From: an uncultured Candidatus Binatia bacterium
Lineage (GTDB): Bacteria > Desulfobacterota > Binatia > Bin18
Reading direction: 5' to 3'
DNA length: 64,000 nucleotides
Assembly: GCA_965214605.1 (NCBI GenBank)
Contig: OZ243961.1
Span: forward strand, 4,000,001-4,064,000
The translations under genes were made by a program, and so were the position numbers. A model generated the notes under the pieces. That model saw nothing but the letters and a program-made list of their open reading frames with translations. It was not told the DNA's origin and made no database searches. This document shows, one piece after another, positions 40,303 to 49,883 of this stretch; positions within the stretch are counted from its first letter, which is position 1; the number at the start of each line of letters is the position of its first letter.

Positions 40303-41346
40303 ATGAAAACATCTATCATGGTCGGTGGAGCGGCTGGAATCAATATCCGCCGCACGCTTGAGTTTGTTCGTCAGGCTGAGCGTTTGGGCGTAGACTACGT
40401 CTGGTCAGCCGAGGCCTGGGGGCAGGATGCGGTCACCTCTCTGGCCTATCTGGCCGGACACACCAGCCGTATCAAGCTGGGTACTGGTATCATGCAGATC
40501 AGCGCCCGCACGCCGTCGATGACCGCAATGAGCGCCCTGGCGCTACACGACCTGTCCGAGGGGCGCTTTGTGCTGGGTTTGGGCACGAGCGGGCCCCAGG
40601 TTGTCGAGGGGCTGCAAGGCGTGGCCTTCCGCGCGCCCCTAACTCGGCTGAAGGAAACGGTTGAGATTGTGCGCATGGCCTTGCGGGGCCAGAAACTGCG
40701 CTATAACGGCCGTTTTCATAGGCTGCCGCGTCCGGGTGGCGAGGGCAAAGCTCTGCGCATCGATCATCCGCCTGTGAACATTCCCATTTTTTTGGCGACA
40801 CTGGCCCCGAAGGCGCTTGAATATACTGGGGCTGCCGCGGATGGTTGGCTGGGCACCTCGTTCTCGCCTGATCATGCCGAGGCGCATTTTGCCCATATCC
40901 GAAACGGAGCCCGGACTGGGGGCCGCAGCTTGGACGATATTGAGCTGCACGCAATGTGTCCAGTGGCGATTGGTGACAATGTTGAAGAGCTTATTGCCGC
41001 CCAGAAACCGGGGATAGCGTTTAGCCTAGGCGCCATGGGGTCGGCCACAACAAATTTCTATAATGCCGCGTTTCAGCGCTCCGGCTTTGAGGATGAGGCT
41101 AAAGCGGTGCAGCAGCTGTGGATTGCGGGCAAGCGCAAAGAAGCTGCGGCACGTGTTCCGGATGCCATGGTGACCCAGTTTGGAGCGATCGGTACGCTCC
41201 CTATGGTGCGACAGCGGTTCCAAAAATATCGGCAGATTGGGATTGACGGGCTCACTCTGCGTATTGAGGCCGACGGTCTCAGCGATCGGATCGCTAAGCT
41301 CGAACAGGTGATGGATGCGCTCCGCAGTCTTGGCAGCCTCTCGTAA
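40303..41346 (+). CDS. LLM-class oxidoreductase (actinobacterial F420-dependent-like subgroup)
   Basis: WSAEAWGQDA, IKLGTGIMQISARTP, FVLGLGTSGPQVVEGLQG, AMGSATTNFYN. Confidence 0.85.
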   Translation: MKTSIMVGGAAGINIRRTLEFVRQAERLGVDYVWSAEAWGQDAVTSLAYLAGHTSRIKLGTGIMQISARTPSMTAMSALALHDLSEGRFVLGLGTSGPQVVEGLQGVAFRAPLTRLKETVEIVRMALRGQKLRYNGRFHRLPRPGGEGKALRIDHPPVNIPIFLATLAPKALEYTGAAADGWLGTSFSPDHAEAHFAHIRNGARTGGRSLDDIELHAMCPVAIGDNVEELIAAQKPGIAFSLGAMGSATTNFYNAAFQRSGFEDEAKAVQQLWIAGKRKEAAARVPDAMVTQFGAIGTLPMVRQRFQKYRQIGIDGLTLRIEADGLSDRIAKLEQVMDALRSLGSLS

Positions 41347-41412
41347 TTGAACCTTCCTAAACCCCTCGCTAGCCCGCCCCGTCTTGCTACAATGGTGGTG
41401 GAGGATAGACGT

Positions 41413-43068
41413 ATGAAAGCACAGATGCAGCTCGGCGATTTTCTGGTGGCCTATCTGCGCAGGGGCGGCGTTACCCGTCTGTTCGGTATTCCTGGCGATC
41501 TAGTCATCCAGCTGTTTATGAAGTTTGGCAAACCCCGCGATATACAAGTCATCACATTTTCGCACGAGCCTGGGGCCGGGTTTGCGGCGGACGGCTATGC
41601 GCGGGCGACCGGGCAGCTTGGCGTGCTGTGTGTGACCTACGGAGCGGGTGGGCTGAATGTGGTCAATGCGGTTGCCGGCTCCTACTCTGAGCGGGTCCCG
41701 CTTTTGGTCGTTAGCGGTGGGCCGGGTGAAGAGAAACGCAAGCTCGGCATTCTGGTCCACCACCAGGCTAAAGAGATTGAGTCCCAGTTCCGAGTTTTTA
41801 AGGAAATCACGTGTGCGGCCAAGATTATCGATAATCCACAGACCGCGGCCGAGGACATTCATGAGGTGGTGCAGGCGATCTGGCTGCACCAACAGCCGGG
41901 CTACATTGAGATCCATCAAGACATGGTCGAGCGGCAGATCAGGCTTCCCGAATCGATCGCAGCCTGGGACGGGACTTTTGTGCGCCACCACTCCGATTCC
42001 CAAAAAGTTGCCGAGGCGGCTCGTGACACGGTTACCCGTCTCAACGAGGCCAAACGTCCCTTTGTCATTGTGGGGATCGAAGTCTTCCGCCACAAACTCG
42101 TGGACAAGGCGGTGGCTCTGGTTGAAAAGACGGGTGCCCCGTGCGCCACTACGGTGTTGGCCAAGGGGGCATTTCCGGCCGATCATCCCCAGCATATGGG
42201 CGTGCATATTGGGGCCATCTCGCCCGAGGCGACCCGCCGGCGGGTTGATGAGGCCGACTTGGTGATGAACCTCGGGACTCTCTTGACTGATATGAATCTG
42301 GGCTCCCAACTGCCCCGACTGCCTCGTGAAAAACTGATCTGGGCCTCTGAGAATCGGGTTGATATCAGCCACCATAGCTATACCGATGTCCCGCTCGCTG
42401 ACTATCTCCAGGCAGTGCTCGACGCACCGATTCACCAACACCGCGAGACGGTAAGCTATCACGACAATCTTGAATCCCAGGCTCCGGGCGAGAACCGCGC
42501 CATCCAGGTTACCGATATGCTGTGCGAGGTAAACGCTTTCTTGGACACGCATCCCGATCACCTCGTCGTGGCCGAGGCCGGCGATATGTTGTTTGCCGGC
42601 CTGGACGTGAAGTTTGGACGCCACAGTAGCTATCTGGCCCAGGGTTATTACGCGTCAATGGGCTTTGGCATTCCGGGTGCGATGGGAGCACAACTCGGCA
42701 CCGCTCAGCGACCGCTTATCTTATGCGGTGACGGTGCGTTTCAAATGACTGGGCCCGAAATTGCTCACGCCCCACGCTATGGACTAAACCCGATTGTTGT
42801 GCTGATGAATAACGGTGGGTGGGGCATCTTCCGACCGGTGTCCGAACGGGAAGACCTGCTGACCACCCCGCCGTGGCCGTATGCCCGGCTGGCCGAGGCG
42901 TGGGGTGGGACCGGGATCCAGGTCCAGACGGTCGGTGAGTTGCGGGCCGCGCTCAAAGCGACCGACGCCATCTCGTCGTTTGTGATTATCGAAGTCATGG
43001 CCGACCCGCACGATCTGTCTCCGGTGACGGTCAAGTATATCACCGCCTCGGTCGGGGAGCAGCGCTGA
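41413..43068 (+). CDS. TPP-dependent 2-oxo-acid decarboxylase (indolepyruvate/phenylpyruvate type)
   Basis: FGIPGD, SHEPGAGFAADGYAR, VTYGAG, GYYASMGFG, TPP motif GDGAFQMTG...NNGGW. Confidence 0.85.
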   Translation: MKAQMQLGDFLVAYLRRGGVTRLFGIPGDLVIQLFMKFGKPRDIQVITFSHEPGAGFAADGYARATGQLGVLCVTYGAGGLNVVNAVAGSYSERVPLLVVSGGPGEEKRKLGILVHHQAKEIESQFRVFKEITCAAKIIDNPQTAAEDIHEVVQAIWLHQQPGYIEIHQDMVERQIRLPESIAAWDGTFVRHHSDSQKVAEAARDTVTRLNEAKRPFVIVGIEVFRHKLVDKAVALVEKTGAPCATTVLAKGAFPADHPQHMGVHIGAISPEATRRRVDEADLVMNLGTLLTDMNLGSQLPRLPREKLIWASENRVDISHHSYTDVPLADYLQAVLDAPIHQHRETVSYHDNLESQAPGENRAIQVTDMLCEVNAFLDTHPDHLVVAEAGDMLFAGLDVKFGRHSSYLAQGYYASMGFGIPGAMGAQLGTAQRPLILCGDGAFQMTGPEIAHAPRYGLNPIVVLMNNGGWGIFRPVSEREDLLTTPPWPYARLAEAWGGTGIQVQTVGELRAALKATDAISSFVIIEVMADPHDLSPVTVKYITASVGEQR

Positions 43069-43189
43069 GGAAGAGGCGGGGATGATGCGGGCTTAGGCCG
43101 TCCTAGGAGCGGTTGACAAAGACCTCGGCCCGCCGCAGCTCCTAGGAACGCCCTGGCAGTCGCCGAGCGTGGGTGGCCCTGACCTCGTC

Positions 43190-43677
43190 AGGGTTAAGAG
43201 AGCACCCCTCACCGTCGGGGCCGGCGTCAGGACCCGGAATTGGAGCCTGACATTCATGTCCAAATAGATGCCGCGTGCCAGAACCGGACTGTCTGCTCCC
43301 ACAGCCGCTCCGTGTCTGCGCATCAGGTCCGCAGGTTTATCGCCCGGGTGCCGGCCATCGCGGCGTTGCGATGGCGCTAAACGGAAAAAGGCTTGGCGCG
43401 TGGTTATGCACCACCGCCGGACATCGGGTCGGAGCCGGTGGATCTCGCCCTAGATGAAGCCTCTGGATGTAGAGCTCTGCGGCCTATTGTCCACCAAGTC
43501 GAATGCTACAGGATTGTCGCCTGTGACCGTCTCTGAGGCGAGAGCCCACAGGGGCCGCTCGGGCCTGTGTAAGAAGCGCAGACTGACGTGACCGTAGCCG
43601 GCGACAATATTCCGTTAGACTAGAATCCGGTTGGCGGTCATGAGATCTGCGAGCTGTTCGTTTGTGTCCGGACTCAT
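43190..43677 (-). pseudogene. Class II aldolase/adducin-family pseudogene
   Basis: Minus-strand reading gives MSPDTNEQLADLMTANRILV*RNIVAGYGHVSLR...FI*GEIHRLRPDV/AVVHNHAPS...GDKPADLMRRHGAAV...RGIYLDMNVRLQ, with stops, a frameshift and a deletion. Confidence 0.75.
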
Positions 43678-44326
43678 TGATATGAGGACGGGCCGCCCTT
43701 TGTCCGTTGCTTGGTCGCTCTCGCTGGGCAGGTTCGGGATATGTCGGTCGGCTTCGGTCTGCTTTTGCAGGCCGAATTGGCTGTGGGAAGATTTGCGACA
43801 TCGGGTTGATACCTTTCGTGGCGTGGGGTTTTGATTGAGGAGCAAACCCGCGCCGCTTCCACTCGCGGAAGGAGACGATCGAAGTCTTGCGGGATGCGTC
43901 GGACGTCCACCCCAGTCGCCCGGAACCCTGTGCCCCCACCATGATGAAGGGGCTAGCTACTCTGAGTTCGTCCGGGGGACCTATGGGGTGATCCCGGCTT
44001 CGCCTTCCCTCGTGCTGGTGCCACCTGCAGAAATCGGGAAAATCCTCTGAGTGACTCTGTATGTCGTCATTGAATCGGCTAAGCTTCGGGGGGAGGGGCT
44101 TGGGGGATGAGAGGGGCTGGCTCAATTGGAGCGAGAAGGCGACACTGTGCCGCAGGAGTACATCACCCTCCTGAGCGATATTAAACTGCAACTCCTTTCG
44201 GCTACCCGCCTGACATGGGTGGACAGTGTTCGCACCCCCTCCGGGGGATACGTGACCGTAGGCGCCCCCGCTCCCCAATCTCGAAGCTAAGCGATTTCCT
44301 ATTTAATACATTGGCGAGTGCACCAA

Positions 44327-44650
44327 TCATATTTCGTTCTTATCTCGTTGACGTACGGAGGGGGGACCTTTGACCGCTGCCTGATCGTTCTCGACAACGC
44401 GCGCCTCAGTGATAATGACGTCCTGGTCGTCTTCCCGCACCTCTTCTGAATGCTCCTTTTTGTGGGTCGTCCACGCTCCGAAGAGGAGAGTGGCTAGGCC
44501 GAGAACGAACTCGTCAAGAAAAGGGATAACGTCGGGAATCAGCAGGTTGAGCACAAACAGGCCGGCGGTCAGCATAAACAGCTGAGGAAAGCGGAGGCGG
44601 CGGGCAATCCGTAAGATCAGAGGGCTAATGAGCCTGGCTATGAGATGCAT
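44327..44650 (-). CDS. Small membrane protein (DUF6116-like)
   Basis: LRFPQLFMLTAGLFVLNLLIPDVIPFLDE; 3 nt after the Lon-like stop. Confidence 0.65.
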   Translation of the reverse strand: MHLIARLISPLILRIARRLRFPQLFMLTAGLFVLNLLIPDVIPFLDEFVLGLATLLFGAWTTHKKEHSEEVREDDQDVIITEARVVENDQAAVKGPPSVRQRDKNEI

Positions 44651-44653
44651 GGA

Positions 44654-47152
44654 TCAGTCTCCAGCGGGGCGGGTTTTTTCTTCGTGTTCCAAGTCTGCTT
44701 GGTCAGCCTCGTCCCCGTCTATCTGCTTTCCGAACTTTCTGAGTTGCACTGCCAGTTCCTGGAGACGCCGACTGACCCGTCCGTTTATCGTATTCGGTTC
44801 GTCGACCGATCCGGCTCGCATACCGCTGAGCAACTCAATGCCCTGATCAATCGTTTGGATCGGGTAGATATGAAATTGGCCGTCTTTAACAGCCTGTACC
44901 ACATCCGCTCTGAGGACGAGATTGCGGACGTTGGCGGCTGGGATCAGCACGCCCTGGTGACCGGTCAGGCCGTGGGCCGTGCACACATCGAAGAAGCCTT
45001 CGATCTTTTCGTTCGCCCCGCCAATGGCCTGGACTTCTCCCCACTGATTCACCGAACCGGTAACGGCTAAGTCCTGACGCAGGGGGATCTCAGCCAGCCG
45101 AGATAGTAAAGCGTACAATTCGGTGGATGAGGCGCTATCGCCGTCAACGCCCGAGTAGGACTGCTCGAAACACAGACTGGCCGACAGGGCGAGCGGCTTG
45201 TCCCGGCCGAAGCGGTTGCGGAGGTAGCCGGCTAAAATGAGCAGGCCTTTATCATGACTTGAGCCGCTCAGACGCGATTCGCGCTCAATATTGACGATTC
45301 CAGCTTGGCCCATTCCGACACTGGCCGTGATCCGGGACGGGCGGCCAAAACTGTGCTCGCCAATGGCCAGGACGGCCAGGCCGTTGATCTGGCCTATTTT
45401 TTTGCCTTGACTGTCGAGCAGGACTGTGCCGCGGGTGATCATCTCGCGCAGCTCTTCTTCAATCCGATTGGCGCGAAAGGTCCGTTGTTGAAGTGCTGTT
45501 TCCACATGTGCGGCAGTCACCAGCTGGGCCTCATCTTTGCACGCCCAGTAGGCGGCCTCCCGGATCAAGTCGGCAACCTCGGCGTACGCTGCTGAGATCT
45601 TCTCGCGGTCGCCGACTTGACGTGCCCCGAACTCGACCAAGCGCTCAACTCCAGACCGATCAAAGTGCGGCAAGTTCTCCTGTTGGCACAACCGGGCGAC
45701 CCACTGGCCGTACAGCTGACCGTGCTCGCCGTTGAGTTCCAGCGTGTGTCGAAAGTCGACGTGGACCTTGAAGAGATCTTGAAACTCGGGGTCGAGCGCG
45801 TAGAGGCTGTGATAGAGAAGCGGACTGCCGACAACGATAAGCTTGAGCTGAACAGCAACCGGCTGAGGCTGTAAACCGGACGCGGCAAACAGCGAAAACG
45901 GCTCGTAGGTTTCAGGCGCGATCCGTCCGCTTTTGAGGGTACGTTTTAGGGTTTTCCACACCGCCGGTTCGGTCAGCGCGTCTTCCAGGTTAAAAATGAG
46001 ATAACCGCCGTGGGCGCGCAGCACTGAGCCGGCTTTTATACGCGTGAAGTTGGTCACCAAACGTCCGCCCCGATCCAGCACGCGTTCGATACTGCCAAAC
46101 AGATTCTGATACGTTGGGGTATTTTCGGTCAGCACCGGAGCGCCAATGGTGTGGGCGTTATCGACCACGACATTCACCTCGTATTCGTACAGCTTTTGCT
46201 GACCGGCCGGGTCCTGGGCAAGCAACACACTAGGCGGCAGCCCGTCCTGGGCAGTCGGCTCTTTGAACACGTCTAGGTGTTCGACCGTATACCTCTTGAC
46301 TTGGTCGAGATAGGCGCTAATCGCCGGGCTGGGGATTTCTTGGCCGATGGCTGCGAGGTGCGGGGTAATCAGATTTTCGCAGAAGCGCTGCTCGACCTGG
46401 CGGATATCCTCGGCCATGGCCCGCATAATGTCGCGCTGCTGGCGGGGGAAGTCGGCGATGTCGGACAGCAACTCGTGCCGTTTGTGCTCGATCGCCGTCT
46501 GCTGCTCTTCGGCCAACTGCTGAAACTCTTCGGGTCCTTTCAACGGCTGGCCGTTGACGATCGGGATCAAGATCATGCCCTGCGGACCCATTTGCAGCAG
46601 GAAGCCTTTGTCTTTGGCCTTGGCTTCCAGGTTGGAGTTGAGGGCCTGGGCTTGGGCCATATATTTTTCTTTGAGCTCGTCCTTTTCTCTATCAAAAGCT
46701 TCCTCGCGGAAGGCTTTGGGAAGCTCTGCACGCAGCGCTTTCACCAGTTGACTCATGCGTGCTTTGAGCCGCCCGCCCTGTCCGGTTGGCAGGGCGATTG
46801 CCTGCGGCACATCAGGGTTGGCAAAATTATGTACATAGACCCAATCGCCTGGCGTTGGGGCGTGCCGGGCCTGTTGGGCGATCCAGTTGTGGAGCACGAT
46901 GAGTTTATGTGCTCCAGCCATGCCGGACACAAACATATGGAAGCCGCCCGCGGAGATGCCAAGCCCGAGCTCAAGCGCCGCCTGGGCCCGCTCTTGGCCG
47001 ACGAGATCATGGGCGGGCGGCGCAAGGTCGGCCGTGGTCTGAAAGGTGTCGGGAAACGATACCCGAAAGCGTAGCTCCTCGGCGCTTAACTCGGTTGGCG
47101 ACAGGACCGACAGTTTGTCTGAATAGCTCGACTGCGCGATGTCATCAGGCAT
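44654..47152 (-). CDS. Lon-like protease (LonB/LonC-type; AAA-like plus S16 protease domain)
   Basis: VGQERA, DWVYVHNF, NPT-like TPTYQNLFG, LRAHGGYL, GQINGL, EQSYSGVDGDSASS (catalytic Ser), GANEKIEGF (Lys). Confidence 0.9.
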   Translation of the reverse strand: MPDDIAQSSYSDKLSVLSPTELSAEELRFRVSFPDTFQTTADLAPPAHDLVGQERAQAALELGLGISAGGFHMFVSGMAGAHKLIVLHNWIAQQARHAPTPGDWVYVHNFANPDVPQAIALPTGQGGRLKARMSQLVKALRAELPKAFREEAFDREKDELKEKYMAQAQALNSNLEAKAKDKGFLLQMGPQGMILIPIVNGQPLKGPEEFQQLAEEQQTAIEHKRHELLSDIADFPRQQRDIMRAMAEDIRQVEQRFCENLITPHLAAIGQEIPSPAISAYLDQVKRYTVEHLDVFKEPTAQDGLPPSVLLAQDPAGQQKLYEYEVNVVVDNAHTIGAPVLTENTPTYQNLFGSIERVLDRGGRLVTNFTRIKAGSVLRAHGGYLIFNLEDALTEPAVWKTLKRTLKSGRIAPETYEPFSLFAASGLQPQPVAVQLKLIVVGSPLLYHSLYALDPEFQDLFKVHVDFRHTLELNGEHGQLYGQWVARLCQQENLPHFDRSGVERLVEFGARQVGDREKISAAYAEVADLIREAAYWACKDEAQLVTAAHVETALQQRTFRANRIEEELREMITRGTVLLDSQGKKIGQINGLAVLAIGEHSFGRPSRITASVGMGQAGIVNIERESRLSGSSHDKGLLILAGYLRNRFGRDKPLALSASLCFEQSYSGVDGDSASSTELYALLSRLAEIPLRQDLAVTGSVNQWGEVQAIGGANEKIEGFFDVCTAHGLTGHQGVLIPAANVRNLVLRADVVQAVKDGQFHIYPIQTIDQGIELLSGMRAGSVDEPNTINGRVSRRLQELAVQLRKFGKQIDGDEADQADLEHEEKTRPAGD

Positions 47153-47582
47153 ACCGCCGTCTCCTGGTCGTTCGAGTTTTGGGGAGGCTGACTCGTAACA
47201 CGCCGTTCCGAAATGTGGCTCGGATACGGTCCGGGTTCACTGAGGCGGGCAAACGCACACGGCGCACGAACTGGCCTGAGCGGCGTTCTTGATGGAAAAA
47301 ATTTTCTCCCCGCCCTGTATGGGTGGTCGATCGAGTGCCGCGCAGCACGAGTTCTCCGTTTTCGACCTTGACCGCAACGTTTTGCTTACTGACGCCGGGC
47401 AAATCGGCCTCAAGCACGAAAGCCGTTTTGGTCTCATACAGATCGAGTTGAGGAGCCCAGTCTTGAACCCGTTCCGGGCGTCTGTCCCAACGTCGGTGGA
47501 TCAGCTCATCAAAAAGCCGGTCAACCTCCTGGGTCGCCTCTTGAAAAGGAGTCGGGAGTTGCCACGGATGCCGTTCCGCCAT
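47145..47582 (-). CDS. Hsp20/alpha-crystallin small heat-shock protein
   Basis: WAPQLDLYET, ADLPGV, ERRSGQFVRRVRLP, ATFRNGVLRVSLPK. Confidence 0.9.
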   Translation of the reverse strand: MAERHPWQLPTPFQEATQEVDRLFDELIHRRWDRRPERVQDWAPQLDLYETKTAFVLEADLPGVSKQNVAVKVENGELVLRGTRSTTHTGRGENFFHQERRSGQFVRRVRLPASVNPDRIRATFRNGVLRVSLPKTRTTRRRRYA

Positions 47583-48440
47583 GTGAAATGCCTCGTCTGT
47601 GCTTTCATCCGTCCAAACTGTGTCTTGGAGTTGGCTTGGTTTTGTCCTGTTCTGTTACACTGGACAGGAGTCTGGATGCAAGCCCTCGGGCGCTGATAAA
47701 GACGGTTTGGCGGTGGAAACACACGCGTCGCGTCGATGGGAGCGGTAATCTTGACCTCACTCGGGTGGCACCGGGGCTGATCAACTGCGCGACCGACTCC
47801 TCGCGCAAGAAGGTACAGCGTATGAGGCGAATGGGAAGGAGGAGGAGGGATCAGGTGGGAGTGCTGATCTCTATTCCTCCGGAAAAACGTAAACGGGCTG
47901 CTGAAGTCCCGGACAGACCTTCGATCTCCATTACCCTTATGGGGGCCATCCTTGACCAGATAGTCCCGGAGGGGAGGAGCAGGGTATGGTCCCTCTGCCG
48001 TACGGGCGGATTATTGTGCCATTGCCACACATGGGACGGATAGAGCATTCTGTCTGGTAGGATTCCCAGCGGCGCGCTTGCAGAAACGGGACTGCCTGGG
48101 CGAACCTAGTGAGGCGATTTCTCCCGCCGGTACAAGCCACAGCACTTCAAGTGGCCTACGTCTGTCTAGCGACCGAAACGACCGCATTGGGCTGTCAATC
48201 ACGCCATTTGGTCGGACGGCTCCATACTCCGATTACAAAGCCTGCCTCATTCAGGCGACCGCATATGGGTGGGAGATTGCAGGGCCGAGAACCAATGAAA
48301 ATGGGCGGCCTCATCAGTCGCCATCTTACTGGTACTGACGGCGTATTGGCCGTGCTGGCGGCCTGGACCTCTGAGAATGCCGGTCATGACCAGACGCGCG
48401 TCCGAGGTCCGTGGCGAACTGAGCGAGTTACAGTCGGCTG

Positions 48441-49739
48441 ATGTTAGTTTGCCGGCAGGTCAGCTATATTAGGCGGGTGTTTACCGCGCCCTATGTGATT
48501 CGCTGCCGAGATGAGTTGGCTCACTTTTTCAGCGTTGTGGCTTGGCGGCTGCGTGAAGATCTGCTGCATCTGCAAGCCATGGGCTTGACCTATGCCATGC
48601 TGCTGGCGCTGATTCCGTCGCTGGCGGTTACGTTTGCGGTCTTAAAAGCGTTTGGTGTCCAAAATCAGATTGAGCCGTTTTTGATCCAGACTTTTGAAGA
48701 CCTCGGTCCGGAGGGTGTTGAGGTCGTGCGCCGGGTTATCGAGGTGGTGAACAATATTCAGGTCGGCGTACTCGGCGTTGTGGGAGTGGTCATCCTCTTC
48801 TATACCGTGATTTTTCTGGTCGGCGAGATCGAAAGTGCGCTGAATCGCATCTGGAAGGTGCGCCGTCCGCGCAGCTGGACCCGACGGCTGAGCGGCTACT
48901 TGAGTGTGCTGCTGATTGGGTCAGTGTTGGTCTTTATGAGCCTGACCCTGATCGCTTCGGTGCAGAGTTATTGGCTGGTCAAGCGTGTCATGGAGATCCA
49001 AGCATTTGGACCGATTCTGGCCACCCGCGGGACGCGGTTCCTGCTATTGTGGCTGGCTTTCACGTTTTTATACCGGTTTATGCCCCATACCTGGGTATCC
49101 CTGCGCTCGGCCGTGATCGGTGGCGGGGTCGCCAGTCTGATATGGCAAATAGCCGGCTTGATATTTGTCGCTTCCTTTGCCGGATCGGCACGCTATGCGG
49201 CCATTTATTCGAGCTTTGCCGTGTTAATCCTGTCCCTGCTGTGGCTGTATGTTGGCTGGCTGATCGTCTTGATTGGGGCCGAAGTTGCCTACTTCCACCA
49301 GCATCCAACCGATTACTTCAAAAAAGAGGCGGCTCGATCGGACAGCTATACGGTCCATGAGCGGCTGGTGCTGGCTATGCTGAGCGCCGTCGGCCGCCGT
49401 GCGCTCGACGGCAAACCGCCCTGGTCCGCGGCCGCCCTAGCGGCGTATCTCCAGGTGCCGCTGTCCAGTCTCGAAGACTGTCTTGAACGATTTGTCCACA
49501 GTGGCATCCTGATCCGGGCGACTGAGCCGGCTTGGATTACGCTGGGACGGTCGCCGGAGCGGGTCACTTTGGTCGAGATCCTCGACGTCCTGCGTGGAGT
49601 CGTCCCTGAGGCTGAAGAGGACGGCCCGCTGAGGGACATCTTACAACGACGGGACCGGGCCGTTCAGCAAGCCCTGGCCGGCGTCACCCTGGCCGACCTG
49701 TGTACAAAAACGGACAAAACAACAAGCTGCCCCTCCTAA
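48441..49739 (+). CDS. YihY/BrkB family membrane protein with C-terminal winged-helix-like domain
   Basis: LTYAMLLALIP, IESALNRIWKV, YAAIYSSFA, WLYVGWLIVLIGAE; C-terminal LGRSPERVTLVEIL. Start codon uncertain. Confidence 0.85.
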   Translation: MLVCRQVSYIRRVFTAPYVIRCRDELAHFFSVVAWRLREDLLHLQAMGLTYAMLLALIPSLAVTFAVLKAFGVQNQIEPFLIQTFEDLGPEGVEVVRRVIEVVNNIQVGVLGVVGVVILFYTVIFLVGEIESALNRIWKVRRPRSWTRRLSGYLSVLLIGSVLVFMSLTLIASVQSYWLVKRVMEIQAFGPILATRGTRFLLLWLAFTFLYRFMPHTWVSLRSAVIGGGVASLIWQIAGLIFVASFAGSARYAAIYSSFAVLILSLLWLYVGWLIVLIGAEVAYFHQHPTDYFKKEAARSDSYTVHERLVLAMLSAVGRRALDGKPPWSAAALAAYLQVPLSSLEDCLERFVHSGILIRATEPAWITLGRSPERVTLVEILDVLRGVVPEAEEDGPLRDILQRRDRAVQQALAGVTLADLCTKTDKTTSCPS

Positions 49740-49883
49740 CCTTAGTTGAAGAAGCTCCCCGTGTCATAGGCGAGGCTTCCGCCCTGCTCCTTGTTGGTCT
49801 TGCTGCTTTAGGATGACGTGATAAAGCTGAGATGAAAAAGATGGGGGTCAGAGCAGACGGACCGGGAGGACGCGGCCATAGCG

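Noticed and set aside
41500-42624. 374-aa antisense ORF (and similar antisense ORFs over Lon, LLMs and amidohydrolases)
   Set aside because: Antisense shadows of well-supported genes, expected in GC-rich DNA.
43484-44278. 264-aa minus-strand ORF
   Set aside because: Low-complexity R/P/S-rich shadow frame overlapping the aldolase pseudogene; no motifs.
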